Positions 12,909 to 25,560 of a DNA stretch of 64,000 nt are shown in pieces (position 1 is the stretch's first letter; the number at the start of each line of letters is the position of its first letter). A model generated the notes under the pieces. It was not told the origin of the DNA, did not search any database, and was given only the letters and a program-made list of their open reading frames with translations. The position numbers and the translations under genes are program-made. This stretch comes from Phoronis australis (taxonomy: Eukaryota; Animalia; Phoronida), in the NCBI GenBank assembly GCA_002633005.1, contig NMRA01000306.1, positions 358,447-422,446 of the forward strand. Direction: 5' to 3'.

Positions 12909-14949
12909 ACAATTAACAGGTCAGATGCAAATGCATCAACATCGACGTTAGTTTATTACAGCCTTAGCAAATTATTTAGGAAATTGCTGATTTAATTATT
13001 AAAATTAATAATCAAATTTAAAGCGCAGCTCATCTTCAGGTAAGTTTATACTATGACCTTCCACATACTCAGGAGTATATTTATGTTCGCTTCATTCTAG
13101 TTCACGCAGCACTCTATGATGGATGTTTATAAGCCGCCGCCGTTAGACCGCCCACTTTTGTTGAAGATTATTTTGTTTATTAAAAGCAGACGTGGTAGTT
13201 GAACGAAACTTAAAATTTCGTGACAACTCGTGAAATTTTGTCGAGGTTTAAAAACAGACGATTTAAAAGCAATTGAAATTGGTAAAAAAACAGGATTCGC
13301 GCAACTTTAGTAAAAGGTGTTTTACAGGCTGACTACATTAATCACACTGCCATCGACAGTTACATTTAGATTGAAATTACGTTCGTTAGGCCTTTTGTTC
13401 AACTCACCGTTTTCTATTGATTGTATGAAGGGGATTTAAATCTATGGTTGATTGGAGCTCATCAAATGCGTAGTCGAGGTCTCGTGAAGCTAGCAGAGAT
13501 AACCATTGCTCCCGCGGCAGACATCTTGTGATTACCAGTCATATGAGTATGACGCGGCTGGTTGCGCGCACGAAGGATTAGGCTGGCTCTGCGTAACGCA
13601 AGAAGAAGTCCAATTTCATCAATTTAATCGTTTTTTCCTACGTATCAAACCCGAGCAGTTGTAATCCACTAAATAAATGGAATGAAAAACTCCAGATGAA
13701 ATTGTGAATTACAATAGACTTGTTCCTTTTCCACCTAAAAGTTTCATAGATGTATCCTGCTGTTTATATGGTAAATCTGACACAATTAACTTTGAACACA
13801 TAAAAATGACCATCGTTACAACGATAATCATTTTTACCTGATTTTGCCCAGACCCATTTTTGTGACGACGTGTTTGTGTGCGCTGTAATTTTCGGTGTAC
13901 GAAAAAGCTGCAATGCAACACAAGGCTATAGAAACGTATGCATCCAAAAACCGAGATTAATACCAGTGTTACGTGCCTAGTATTCGTTTGCATACAATAG
14001 CATCTCTCGGGGACAGCTTTTGGATTTAAATTTGGGCCCGGGGTCTAATTTACAAACTGTAATGTAACTCAGTGTTACACGTAAACGTAATGTCTCCGAT
14101 CCAGTCGTGTACTCGAGTACTGTATTTCATAATCTGGACAGATGAGTTTCTAGTCAAATTCAAACCCGGATATTTTAAAAGCGCAAAATCTGCGGATTAC
14201 TCTATTTTGCACTCTTGTCTTGAGTTGGATCTCAGATGTGTAGCTGGAGGCCAGAGGCCACACAAATGCACATGAAGACTAAAAACTGATACGGGCCATA
14301 CCATAATTTACTCTAGCGCACAATCGTAATCACTTGAGTTCGTACAAAATTAGAACTGAATGTGTCCATTTAGTGTTAACAATTTAAACACAGGTCACTA
14401 GATTTTAAACACCCAGTTTCTAGGACAATAATCATTTTCAGTAGGCGCAAAATACACTCAACGTGAGCGTAATATATCAGATTTCACTTAATATACGCAT
14501 TGTGCGCCTTAAATTATAAAAAACATCAAACACATTTCTTTTTACAATCTTGCTATGTACTCACCTCCATTTCCCGCCTATCAGAGCTGTCCATGGCTGT
14601 CAAAAATCTTTATTACATTCGTCTTTCATAGAGTCCGCGCGATCCTGTGATCAGAAGCAATAATGTTTTCAATCTAAAAAACTTTTCTAGATTGATCGAT
14701 TTTTCTAGACTATTCACGTACAGTGGAGGCCAAGCTACTGATCAGAAGTGAACGCGTTTCAACATTTAACCTTGTCATGCTATCACACAATGTGTCTGTT
14801 GTACTAGTCAAGGACCATCTATTTTAAGGAATACATTTAGGTACCAGGCCTGTTCACAAAATTTACAGTGGTCCTTTTTAGTTTGTAATCTCAGATAAAA
14901 TTTACAAATAATCTTTTATGGGCTTTGGTTTATTTTAAGTTAAAATGAA

Positions 14950-15304
14950 AGTCGTTTTGTCGTCGGTGAGTTATTGATTGCGGGTAGTAGTGACATTGAC
15001 AGTGGATAAACCTTTGTAACTGCCGGAGAACACTCAACGTAATCAGATAACACAGGCTGAATGGAAGGTCGCAGAAACTCGACTGCAAATTTCATCTTGT
15101 TTCTATGCACTGAAGTAAGACGTGGATTTCTTCTACGTTCATCGGACAGGCAATTAGTATGGCTTCTTGAAATAACAACAGGTCAGTATTCCCAAATACA
15201 TATAATGACACTGACGCATCTGTGACGACAGCATCGCCATTACCAAATATGGCCAACAAAACAACATGAACAACAGTTATAATGAGAGCAATAGTAGATT
15301 CCAA
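14950..15304 (-). pseudogene. Possible decayed class A (rhodopsin-like) GPCR fragment, TM1-ICL2
   Basis: One frame gives a hydrophobic TM ending in GN, then DLL...P, then *NLQSSFC (W>stop in the WxxGxxxC motif), CDLPFSLCYLITLSV, RF and YPQSITHRR. Motif spacings deviate from canonical. Confidence 0.3.
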
Positions 15305-16987
15305 AAATTGCTTGACAAATCACACTTTCCAAGAATACAAGTGGCGACGCATTGATAAATTAATCTAAAGATAAGTAACTCAGCGTTGCAAACTATTTGA
15401 CGAAATGTTGTCATACAGTAGTGTTTTGTAAATGTCCTCGTGACAATTATTAACAGACGCGCAAATAATGGTGGTAAACCATGTGAAACAAATCTCCTGA
15501 AATTACAAAAGCCGATGTCGCCAACGTTTTCAGATTCCAATGAGCACGGTGATTGTGACCATAAAGTGGTAGCCAGTAATAGGTTTTTGATTCTGTATTT
15601 TAAGCTAAATGCCAGTCTGCGCGAGGTTTCCACTAAAATACAATTACATGCGCTCACATATTGAAACTCATACCAATTTTTTATTTGTTATACTTAAAAT
15701 TGGCACATTTCTTACTTAAACGCATTATTTCTGTGCCAGATGTAACCTGTTTGAATGTACAGTGCACCGAATTGTGGTTACATTTTGGATAGTGCGATGT
15801 CAGGTAGGGAAAGATACAGTCTGCACATTTTGTGCATTTTTCGTCGATCAGGCTATTTAAAACAGCTATGAACCTGGCCTTCCGCCACAGAAACTCGTTT
15901 CTTTTTACATCATCATGGAATACGTTTCGAATTATTCCTTATTCAAAACCATGCAGTTTTTGAGCATGGAAGAAATTGCCAGCTCTTTGTTGCGTGATAC
16001 CAGGAGAGCTTTCCGCAGATCATATTTCTTGCGACAAAAGAAAGATCTCATACCGTGAGAAACGCGTGAAAGGCGAGTATTTCTCGAGTATTTGTTGGAA
16101 CGTAATTACGAACGCATCTTGCCTAGCAACTGAAACATGATCAAATGACGACCACTGAAGTGATTGATAGAAATGTAGGTTTTGCAGTAGAAAATCTGCC
16201 TTTTGGTTTTAACTCCAGACGACAGCGGTTTTAAAGTTGAGACCAAATTCAAATATCAATCTAGTCCATTGTTAAGTGACCCTGTGCTCTTTTGTCCGCC
16301 ATCACGATTCTCGGGTCTCGTTAATATTTTATCTGAAATTCACCTGCAAGGCAACTTATAAGTTGAGGAGCACGAGGACGGGTCTTTACATTGTTTTCAC
16401 AGTTGAACGTCAACAAAATCTAACAGGAACACAAAACCTGTGTGTATATGCACAATTTAACATCTACCATGAACAACACTTTAAAAAGCCAGATTCGCAG
16501 TAAGCACATCGAATTATACGTGTACGAAGGCAAGGTATATTTTTAACACCATTGGATGCTCACATAGAGCAATATGACTCTCAGACACCCTTTCTTGGAC
16601 AAATTACGTCCAAAATAATTAGAAAAACGAGAGCCAAAAAACAATTTGGAGCAAAGGAAGTACTGCTCTGACTTTTTTACGGTTGGGATCTGATAAAATA
16701 ATCAGGCATGACCACCACATGCCTTAGTATAATTTGTTTTGCATTTTAAATTTCGTTCCAAAATACGAAAACCATTGTACACGGCGTGTTTCCATGTGTG
16801 AGGTGTTCATCGCTATGCAAATTATACGACTTAACAGTGACAATGGACATCTGCGTTAGGTGGCATTACAGTTCGCCTTCTTAATAGTTATCAATCTGCA
16901 TTTGACGGAAAAAACATGAACCGAAAGACTGCAAGTATAATTGAAAATCTAACAGAAGCATATGTAGCGGCCACGCTGAAGAGTTCA

Positions 16988-17189
16988 TATTATAGAGACT
17001 TTAGTTAAGATTACTATTACTACTGCCTAATCATTTTAGTTCGTTTAATTTAAGTTTATTAAGTATGCTTGCCTAGTGTCAGCCGTATTTAATTAGTTAA
17101 TGTGATCGGAATCTTGTCAAAGTCTAACTCGAAGAAAATATTACGATAGACTGCGTTATTTTTTGTTATTTATGGTCATCGTCAGACCA
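16988..17189 (+). repeat. BEL 5' LTR
   Basis: Aligns to 24463-24741 (CTGCCTAATCATTTTA, TGTCAGCC, AAAATATTACG, GGTCATCGTC.GACCA). Lacks ~80 bp present in the 3' LTR. Confidence 0.85.
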
Positions 17190-17201
17190 TACATGTAGTT
17201 T

Positions 17202-17220
17202 TGGTAGCAGAGCAAGGATG
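17202..17220 (+). promoter_or_regulatory. Primer binding site complementary to the initiator tRNA-Met 3' end
   Basis: TGGTAGCAGAG(caa)GGATG lies just downstream of the 5' LTR. The tRNAi-Met complement is TGGTAGCAGAGGATGG. Confidence 0.8.
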
Positions 17221-17665
17221 GGACATTTATGAAATGTGATGGAAGTCGAAACATTACTGTGACCGAAGATGGATAGCAAGCGTCAGGCTTTCGTTCTGCC
17301 GCACGCAGACAAAGAATTCAACGAATGAGAGATGGCGAAAGCCAAACGAAAATCCCTTTTCAGTAGACGTCGTCACCAGTTGCTAGACACTTTGTATGAC
17401 GTCAGATTTCGCGAGGAAATCTTGGTTCCATTGTATCCGACTTAAGCAAGTTATACTGCAGTTGTTTATTATATTGTGTATTAGAGCTACAGTGAAGCGA
17501 TATATTCTAAGTGATCCTGACACTGCCGGGAACATCGAGGATAGAATTCTGAACTAAGCTTTTGCAAGTATATACGATCACTGAGGTATGTTTAATATGT
17601 GGATGGAATTTTGTTTATTATTGTAAAGCAGTCCCAGTTGTTGCAAACATTAAACAATAGTTTGA

Positions 17666-17892
17666 CAGAGGCGGATCTACGGGGGAGGGGGTTCAGGAGA
17701 TTTAAGCCCCCCCCTGGTACAGGATCAAAAATAAAAAGACGTCGCCAGGAAAATGAAACCAGCCACAAAAACCATACAATCTTACACGGGAAGGGGCAGA
17801 CCCTCTCTCGACCTATCCCCGCTCGGCCCTACACGCGTCGGGCTCGGAATCCTAATTCACCCGTCCTTGCTGAAAACGTAGATTGGCCACTG
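17666..17892. mobile_element. MITE (CAG.GGCGGATCT-type TIR) nested in BEL gag
   Basis: Imperfect TIRs CAGAGGCGGATCTACG / CGTAGATTGGCCACTG, flanked by TTTGA/ATTGA. A related decayed copy lies near 46178-46326. Confidence 0.6.
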
Positions 17893-17941
17893 ATTGAGTA
17901 CTTTGCAATTAGAACTTTATCACATTTCTATATGTCCTTAA

Positions 17942-19744
17942 ACGAGAATGCCACCCGATTTAATTAGTCTTTTTTTACCGTTTTAATCGTTCTATAACCA
18001 CATCGCCTCTTATACGGTTGACTTCACCTTGCCGAGAGGTGTCGCGTTAGCCTGTGAGGAAAGTGAGAAACGACTCGGCGAGGTGAGTGGTTCATCTGCA
18101 GAGTGAATGCCGCTATATTGCGGAGCATCTTTCCCACTTTTCTGAACAATGAAGCTGCGAAGGTAGCGGGTTATCGTTTTTTCCACTTCCTCGAGAGCCC
18201 GAAAGGGTTAGACAGTGGCTCGCGGTAGTGAAGAATAAAAAGTACGATGTTAATAGCAAGTATGAGGCCGTGAAACATCTCTGTGCCGCTTTCCGTGGTC
18301 GGCATTTCGTCGACAGTGATTTCTCTGACAAATTCCGGCTTACCAAAGAACAACCCATACGTGCCGTTGCCTGTGCAGGTTCACGGGGCCTCTTTAGTAT
18401 TTTTTTAATCAGTGTATTCCGGTTGGACCTGATAGCCTGTGAAACTTAACGATCCGACCCGAAGTCTTCGTCGGATGAGCTATCATCGGGAATGGCGCTG
18501 GACGAGTTGCCATGTAGACGTTTATTATTCTGCGTTCTGTTTCAAATTGAATTATTCTCATCCTAACCAATGATTATATAAAACTGAAACAAAGTCTGGC
18601 TCATTCAATGCCTTTGGAGTAGTCGTGAGCGTAATTGTTTTGAGAAGTCAGCAATAAATAAACCACTGCGTTACCGGCTTTAGATGCAATAAAGGTAATT
18701 GACAGGGCACCGAGGCCGTGTGAGCTCATACTAATTTAGTGTTTGCTGACAAAGAGCTGTTGTGAAACAACAACTCGATTTCATATGCTATGGTCACATG
18801 TTAGGGGAATCTTTATTTAGATGTACAAATACATTATTCAAATCACTGTCACTTTACAACCTTTTCCGTGACGGTGTGTGGAAGGGGAACCTGACTTCGC
18901 GGCCCACGACAAGTAAGTAAATTTTCTGTTTCATGGCTAATTCACCTAAATAATTACATGCACATTATTTCTTTGGCTCACTATTTTAGTCTTGATCTTT
19001 ACTCAGTGGAGGTTAAATTTCCAACTCAAGCTGGTTTATGTCCGTGATGTCTAGTCCCTGCGGCCGCGACGGGCCTGATCGGGTTCCCGATCCACTGGTG
19101 GGGAGTAACAAGCGTTGTTTGTGTTTAGAACTGAAAAAAATCGCAAGTCTAAAAGCACAACACACAGCTATGGTTCCAGTTCTGCATTTCACGGAAGAAT
19201 GAATCGAATTTATCACCAAACAGACCCAAACATGGCAAATTGGCCTACCAAACTCTGTGAACTACGATACGTTCAAATACCTATACAGAGCCCCCCCCCC
19301 GCCAACCCAAAAACACACTAAAACTGCACACATTTAAATCTTGTTTCAGCCATATAATATTAATTACCGGGGTTAATTAATAAACTCCATTTCCCAACGC
19401 TAATTCCGCCTTTGCACCTTACATTCATATATCTATAAATCCGTAACAGTGAAATAAAACAACACGTTTGTCCAAGAACTCGATTTTTTTGTAAGAGGTT
19501 TACATCGAATTTTGATGATTTATGGGTGTAAAACTACATGTATGAATTCAAGCAATAAGTTGACACCAGTAAGCTTGTTGCGAACCGCTAAACATCCTAC
19601 GTTCGAACCGATTACGTCATTGGTTAATTTCAATACTTCCGTCTGCCGTTAGATGTTAGGTAAAACAACTGAACTTGCTGTTAACGAGTGGAACTATTCA
19701 ATCTAAATTGATACAAAAAGGTAATTTTTGGGTGGCATTCTCCT
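17942..19744 (+). mobile_element. Non-autonomous Kolobok-type element (family B, copy 1) nested in BEL
   Basis: TTAA at 17938-17941 and 19745-19748. TIR ACGAGAATGCCACCC / GGGTGGCATTCTCCT. Colinear with 37021-38880. THAP relic at 18103-18330 (+) and KolX relic at ~18340-18512 (-). Confidence 0.9.
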
Positions 19745-20395
19745 TTAAATGCATTAGTTCTATTAAAGCAGCATTGCATTTTACTTCCTTGTTGTTTCTG
19801 GTGTTGGTCAATTTGTTTTTTGGTAAAGATTGTTCAATTTTAGACGAGTTTTGCATCCTGATATCGAAGGGTTGCTAAATTACAATACTTAAATATTACA
19901 GGTTGGCAGCTGTGCCATAAAAACCAAGTGAAGCTTGGTCCAAGATTTGTCATACCATTGATTTTTTATGAGAAATTTGACAAAATATAATTACACTTTT
20001 GTTGTGCTCTAATTTTAAAAATCTTTACAAATACCATTTTTGTGATAATACAAGAAACTTTTTGATGACTTTCATCATATTGTTTGGAAATCTCAGTGTG
20101 AAAATGCTGCAAGTCGATGGCTATGGCATTTGTCTAGTCCTGGTTCAGTAAAATAGTGACCTGACTGTGACAGAAAAGCAGAGCTGAAACTGACTTAATT
20201 GTATTTACATTAGTTACTCACTCAATGGACGCTGATGAATAGACAGTCTTGGCTTAATGTTGGGATTTTAATGCTTCACTGCATTCAGTTTAGATAAGGA
20301 AGGCTTTGTCATGTAAAGTTGAAAATGGAACAGAACATGACACATTCCCGCCGTCCTAGAGGTTTCATCCCATCCACACGGAAGTCGTGTTACGC

Positions 20396-23300
20396 CTACT
20401 GAAGGTACCCAACTTTATGAATGTCTCGCTGACGACGAGATAGGTAAAGACATGTGGAAGCAGCGTAGGAGAGTTTCCGTTCCTGAATCAAGCGGCAACA
20501 CGAAGGCGTACTGTACGTTTGCCGGAAGGCAGCGCGCATGGCTTGCGTAGACAAGGATCCGGCGACCGATGAATACATTGAAACTTATGAAATACCTGTC
20601 TCAAATACCCACTGAGAATCATCGAGGCCTGGGCCACTCGGCACTGGCATACGACGTGGCTAAGGACACTACTGAGAGAAAATATGATGGAATTCGTCGT
20701 CAAGTTAACCTGCACTTGGACGATTTGGACCAGTTTCGACCGATCCGTCCCGGCGTTGCGAAAGATGTCGACAGATTGGCGGATGTGTTGGAAGTTCTGA
20801 TTATAAACTTGAAGGAAACCAGGCCAATTGAAGAACTTGGAAACGGGTCGCTATGCTTGAAGAAGATGATAGAAAGCATGGTTACCAACTACCACCGATA
20901 GATGTTCAAACATAATAGGCCAGAGTATGTTGAAATTCTTCGACAGTGGATCATCAAAGAAACTGAATTTGAGACAGTCACTTCAGAAACAATGCGAGGT
21001 TTAGCTCCAAAGCATACAGATGCTTCGCACAGTTTCTTTGGAGAGACAGAGAAACAACATGACAGGAGATCCGTGAGGTTTGCAAGAAAGACAGACATTG
21101 CCTGTGCAAAACGTGTTACAAGACACAGACTAAAGTTCGAATCTTGTTTGACGCGTCAGTAAAGCATGAAAGCGTGTGCTTGAACGACAAGATATACAAG
21201 GGGCCAAAATTGCAGTGAAACTTGTTCGATATGCTGAACCGATTTCGTCAGTTACTAATTGCACCCGTCTGTGATACAGCAGAGATATACCTTCGCATCG
21301 GAATAACTGCTACCGATAGAACATACCACAGATTCCTGTGGAGAGATATTGACCAGTCGAAACCACCAATCGAATACCACTTTAACAGATTAGTCTTCAG
21401 ACTCAACTCATGCCCATTCCAAGCTCCGTTTGTGTCGCAAAAGCATGAAAAAGACAACAATTATCGTTTCCAGCAAGCAACTGAGACAATCTTAGAGGCG
21501 ACCTATGTGGACGATAGCTGAGATTCCACCAACACTGACGCAAAATGCATAGAGCAGTATCATCAACTGTCACAGTTAAGGGGTCTGCTGGAATGCGTGC
21601 CATTAAATGGCTTTCGAACTCCGAGGAAGTCCTTAGAAAGATTCTGCCAGAAGATAGAGCTACAGAAGTAGATTTAGAAGAGGTAATCTCGCCGTCTATA
21701 AAGACATTAGACGTGACTTGAGTTGCTAATGAAGGTGTCTTCACATTAAAGGCAAACGCTCTTGATGACCAAAAGCCCTTGAATAAACGCGGCTTTCTTG
21801 CCAAGACAGTGTCCTTGTTTTACCCGATGAGATGTTTAGCACGCTTTGTGTTCAGAGCCAAAATATTATTGCAAGAAATTTGGAGGACAGGTATAGAATG
21901 GGACGATGAGTTGGAACACTATCATGCTGTTAAGGCAATGAATTCGTTCAAAGAGTTGCACCGTCTGGATATTTCGGTGCCTTCGACTCAACTTTCAGGT
22001 CTTGTCAGTCTGTCGATGCTTCTTGAGATGCCTTTGGAGCGGCTGTTCATGCCAGGTATGGATACGTCAACGATCAGATGTGGACACGACTAGTACCAAG
22101 CAAGACCAGAGTAGCCCCCTTGTTGCCGTAGATCAGTGACAGGCTTGAGATTAGAACTGTCAGTTGCGGATGTATTAAAGAGTGACAGAAATCTATTGGT
22201 GTTTTTATGACAATGTGTACGGTCTTTGGTGGATACGCGGCAGGAGATGAGTCTTCAAGCCTTTCATAGGGAATCGAGTAGGAGACGTTCAAACACCAGT
22301 AAGCCAAATCAGTGGCGTCACGTGACGACTTTGAAGAATCCAGCAGATCTACCAACAAAAGGGATGTGCGTAAAAGATCTTCGGACATGTTCTTAGTTCT
22401 TGGAGCTGCAACAGTCAGATTGGCCTGAGTCGAGGATTTCCCCGAGGCCAGAAGCAGTCATAGAAATTAGAAAGAGAGCTATGTCGAGAGTCCCTGGAGT
22501 CGATGACTCGAGAAGCAACCACGTCATGATATCGGTTGTCGAAGATAGAACTTGGAGACATCAGCCCGATAGGTTTTCTTGTTGGCAAAGATCGGTGCGA
22601 GTTCGTGCGTGGATCCGTCGTTTTCTGAAAAACTGCCAGGTACCAGCGCAACTCAGATGTCAAGGAGAGTTGAGGACTCAAGATATTTCAGGAACAGAAC
22701 TTAAAATCAGAGCTGAATCGCCACAATGAGTACAAAGCTTTTACTGTTAGGAAGCCTGTTTCGTCGAACAGTAAGCTCTTAAGCCTGAAGCCGATGTTGG
22801 ATGATGATGGTATACTGCGATCGAATGGTTCATGCTAAGTACTTAACCTATGATGCGAGATTTCCGGTCATACTTTCCAGGAAGTGCTGGACGATTTCGA
22901 ATATTGTGAAGAATCATGGCGAGAAAGAGAATTATCAGGCAAGAACTAACCAGACACTGTCTTCGTTGTCGCCCCGCTTCCGGACAATGCAAGCCAGAGA
23001 AGAGATTCGTTAATGGGAAAGGGAATGTTATGGGTGTCGAAGATGGAATGCTATGTGTACCTCTCAGATCATAGCACCACTTCTGAAGATTCGACTGATG
23101 TTGCCACTGCGAGCCTTCGTGTGAATCACTGTTGATTATATAGGACCCTTCGTTACCAAGCAGGGAAGAGGCATACGAGGAACTAAGTGTAACTTATGCT
23201 TATTCACCTGCTTGCAGTTTAGACCTTTCAATTTGGATATGTCTTACAGTATGGATACCGACTCATTTTTGAACGCTTTCTTTTGTAAGGTGAATACAAG

Positions 23301-24410
23301 AGGTCGACCACTAGAAAACTTGTCAGACAATTGAAGTAACTTCATTGGAGGCGAGCTAGAACTGAGAGAGCTTGTGAACAAACTAAACAAAGACGCCATT
23401 GATAGGTCAGTCGTCAAAAACGGCATACGATGTCACTTCAACCCACCCTTGGCGCCGTACTTTGGAGGAGTGCATGAAACGATAATCAAGGCTGCGAAAC
23501 GAGACACCTGTGCTACACTTTCGCATGCAGATACTTCAGAGGAAGAATTAGTAATAGCAATTACTGGATCTGAGGCATTGATCAACTCGCGGCAATTAAC
23601 TTACCAGTCGCCTCATCTATCAGGTGATGTCCCGTTGACGCTAAATCACGTTTTTGTGGTCAAGTTGGTGGTGAGCTCGCACCAAAATCAGTAGATGCTT
23701 AGACTTCAACTTAAAGCCTATCTTCAACGATAACACCTGTAAATTTGGCTCGCACAGTATGTTAAGAATATCGCTCTGAGCCCAATACTGCCATAAATTG
23801 CCAAATGTAGCGAACTGTTAGGCGTATTGGCTTGCTTTTGTCCACGTGACCGCTAGAATCACAATTTAATTCAAACTGCTGCAACTAACATCATCACGCA
23901 ATGGTGTTTTATTCAGACTCCTATTCAATATAATATTTTGTTGTTTGTGCTGGGATCTTGCGGTGACACAACATGACACAAAAAGGCAGCTTCACTTATC
24001 ATTTGACGGGCTTAATTTTGCCCGGTCGATATGGCGTTTTCTTATTTTGATCAACCTTCGCTAGGACTATCTGGTTAGCCCAATACATCTAAAATAACAA
24101 AATTCCGTTGAAGTTAGGCTTTAAGAGTCAGGTTGAGACGAGTCCAAGAGTTAGAAGGCATTTTTGGAGTCGCTGGCTTCGAGAGTGTTTGGCAACACTG
24201 AATCGTAGAGCCAAGTGGCGGAATTCCCAAAAAGAAGTCACGGTAATCGACGTTGTTTTAGTTCTTCCGGATGCGACCAGAACACATTGGGTCCTGGGAC
24301 GCGTCATCGAAGTCTACCCTGGAACAGACGGACAAGACCGGTCTTGAGAAGACGGTACATGTATTAGTCAGACCGATTACGAAGATCTGCCCTTTGGAGC
24401 TGAACTGTGA
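20396..24410 (+). pseudogene. BEL/Pao gag-pol relic with many stops and frameshifts
   Basis: ORF fragments 20569-20901 (gag), 21222-21521 (RT), 21779-22093, 22400-22729, 22801-23013, 23374-23694 (integrase) and 24108-24347 lie in canonical BEL order. Confidence 0.9.
23715..24120. mobile_element. 406-bp TTAA-specific non-autonomous element (Kolobok-like) inserted in the BEL integrase region
   Basis: TTAA at 23711-23714 and 24121-24124. TIR AGCCTATCTTCAACG / CGTTGAAGTTAGGCT. Removing it rejoins FNL-RVRLRRVQEL of the BEL ORF. Confidence 0.85.
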
Positions 24411-24448
24411 GCCACAGTCTTGAACTTTGTGTCGATGGGTTCCCCCAT

Positions 24449-24462
24449 GAAAAGAGGGAGAA
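24449..24462 (+). promoter_or_regulatory. Polypurine tract of BEL element
   Basis: GAAAAGAGGGAGAA lies immediately before the TGT start of the 3' LTR. Confidence 0.8.
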
Positions 24463-24741
24463 TGTTGTAAAGACTTTAAATAATATTTCTATTATTCCTG
24501 CCTAATCATTTTATTTCGTTTATTTCGATTTTATTAGTCTAGTTACCTAGTTAAGACAGTCTCCATCGCCTCACTGTACTTTGTTTCAGAAGTTTTCAGT
24601 GCTTCCTCTAGCGGCAGTACACGTAGTAATGTCAGCCATATTAGATTGTGGTCGGACTGTTGTCGAAGACTGACTCGGAGAAAAATATTACGTAAGACTG
24701 CGAATCTTAGTTTTTAATTATTTAAGGTCATCGTCCGACCA
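24463..24741 (+). repeat. BEL 3' LTR
   Basis: TG...CA termini. Homologous to 16988-17189 and followed by the TSD GTTCA. Confidence 0.85.
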
Positions 24742-24746
24742 GTTCA

Positions 24747-25560
24747 TGCGGGATTATAGAAGCAATGCCGCAAAGCGCTTAAAACGAGCCATTGACGCTG
24801 ATAAGGCTTTCTTATACCAAAATGACAACTGCTTCAAGAGGCACAATCGTTGAACTTGAGGTAATAGCAGAGGCACGGGTTGAAGACTTGACTCCAAATG
24901 ATAATACTTAGTTACCGACAGAAACCAGACCGGTATCGAAGGAGCACATTTGTCAAAGTAGCTCCGAAATACAGTATCTCGTGATACACCGAGCTTTTAA
25001 AATATCCACGTTGGATGAGCACCATTCACTGTTCCAGCATCGGTGTTTGTAAACAACGAAAATGTAAAAAATATATAAAATGTGGCAGAAGAGCTTATGG
25101 AGGGGGTAAAATATTTGGAAAATGCAATCTTTCCCAAGTTAGGAGATCTTCAAAACGTTGAGGACATGATTACTGTAAAGTTCTTTCATCGTGACTTTTC
25201 TAGGCGTCAATTCATGAATACGTTTTTGGTAAAAGCATGTGTAAAGTTTGTATACGATATTTAAAAAAAATATTTCATAAGACAGTAGCGGTAATTGAGG
25301 CGCTCATTCGTAGTGGATAGTGTTAGAAGCATGTGCGGATAGAGTGACGTTGTACAGGTTTACCTTATAGTTTGTAATCGAGACGTAAAGTATATGCATA
25401 TACCTTGAGTTATTTTTAAGATGCATTAGTCAGTTTGCTTCAAACCCTCGAAAAATGAGTCTGAGTTACTTCGAAAATAACGGTTGCCGATTTAACTGAC
25501 CAGATCAAAAGCTTTTATTCAACGAGACAAACTGGAGAATCGCTTCATCAAGCAGCAGAC
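24747..25560 (+). pseudogene. Academ-like transposase N-terminal relic, continuing from ~16900 before the BEL insertion
   Basis: Joining across the TSD gives CSGHAEEFMRDYRSNAAKRLKRAIDADKAFLYQNDNCFKRH. Further on are ELMEGVKYLENAIFPKLGDLQNVEDMITVKFFHRDFS and ITVADLTDQIKSFYS. These resemble N-termini of the large Academ-type proteins (recognised from memory). Confidence 0.4.

Larger units (their letters stand above)
16988..24741 (+). mobile_element. BEL/Pao LTR retrotransposon, full span, degenerate, with nested insertions
   Basis: Two diverged LTRs and a 5-bp TSD GTTCA (16983-16987 and 24742-24746), with PBS and PPT. Relics of gag (GLGHSALAYDVAK...RKYDG), RT (YHRFLWRD, YVDD), RNase H region (WRTGIEWDDEL), integrase (FNPPLAPYFGGVHE) and C-terminal RHFWSRWLRE...WVLGRVIEVYPGTDG. 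Confidence 0.92.
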
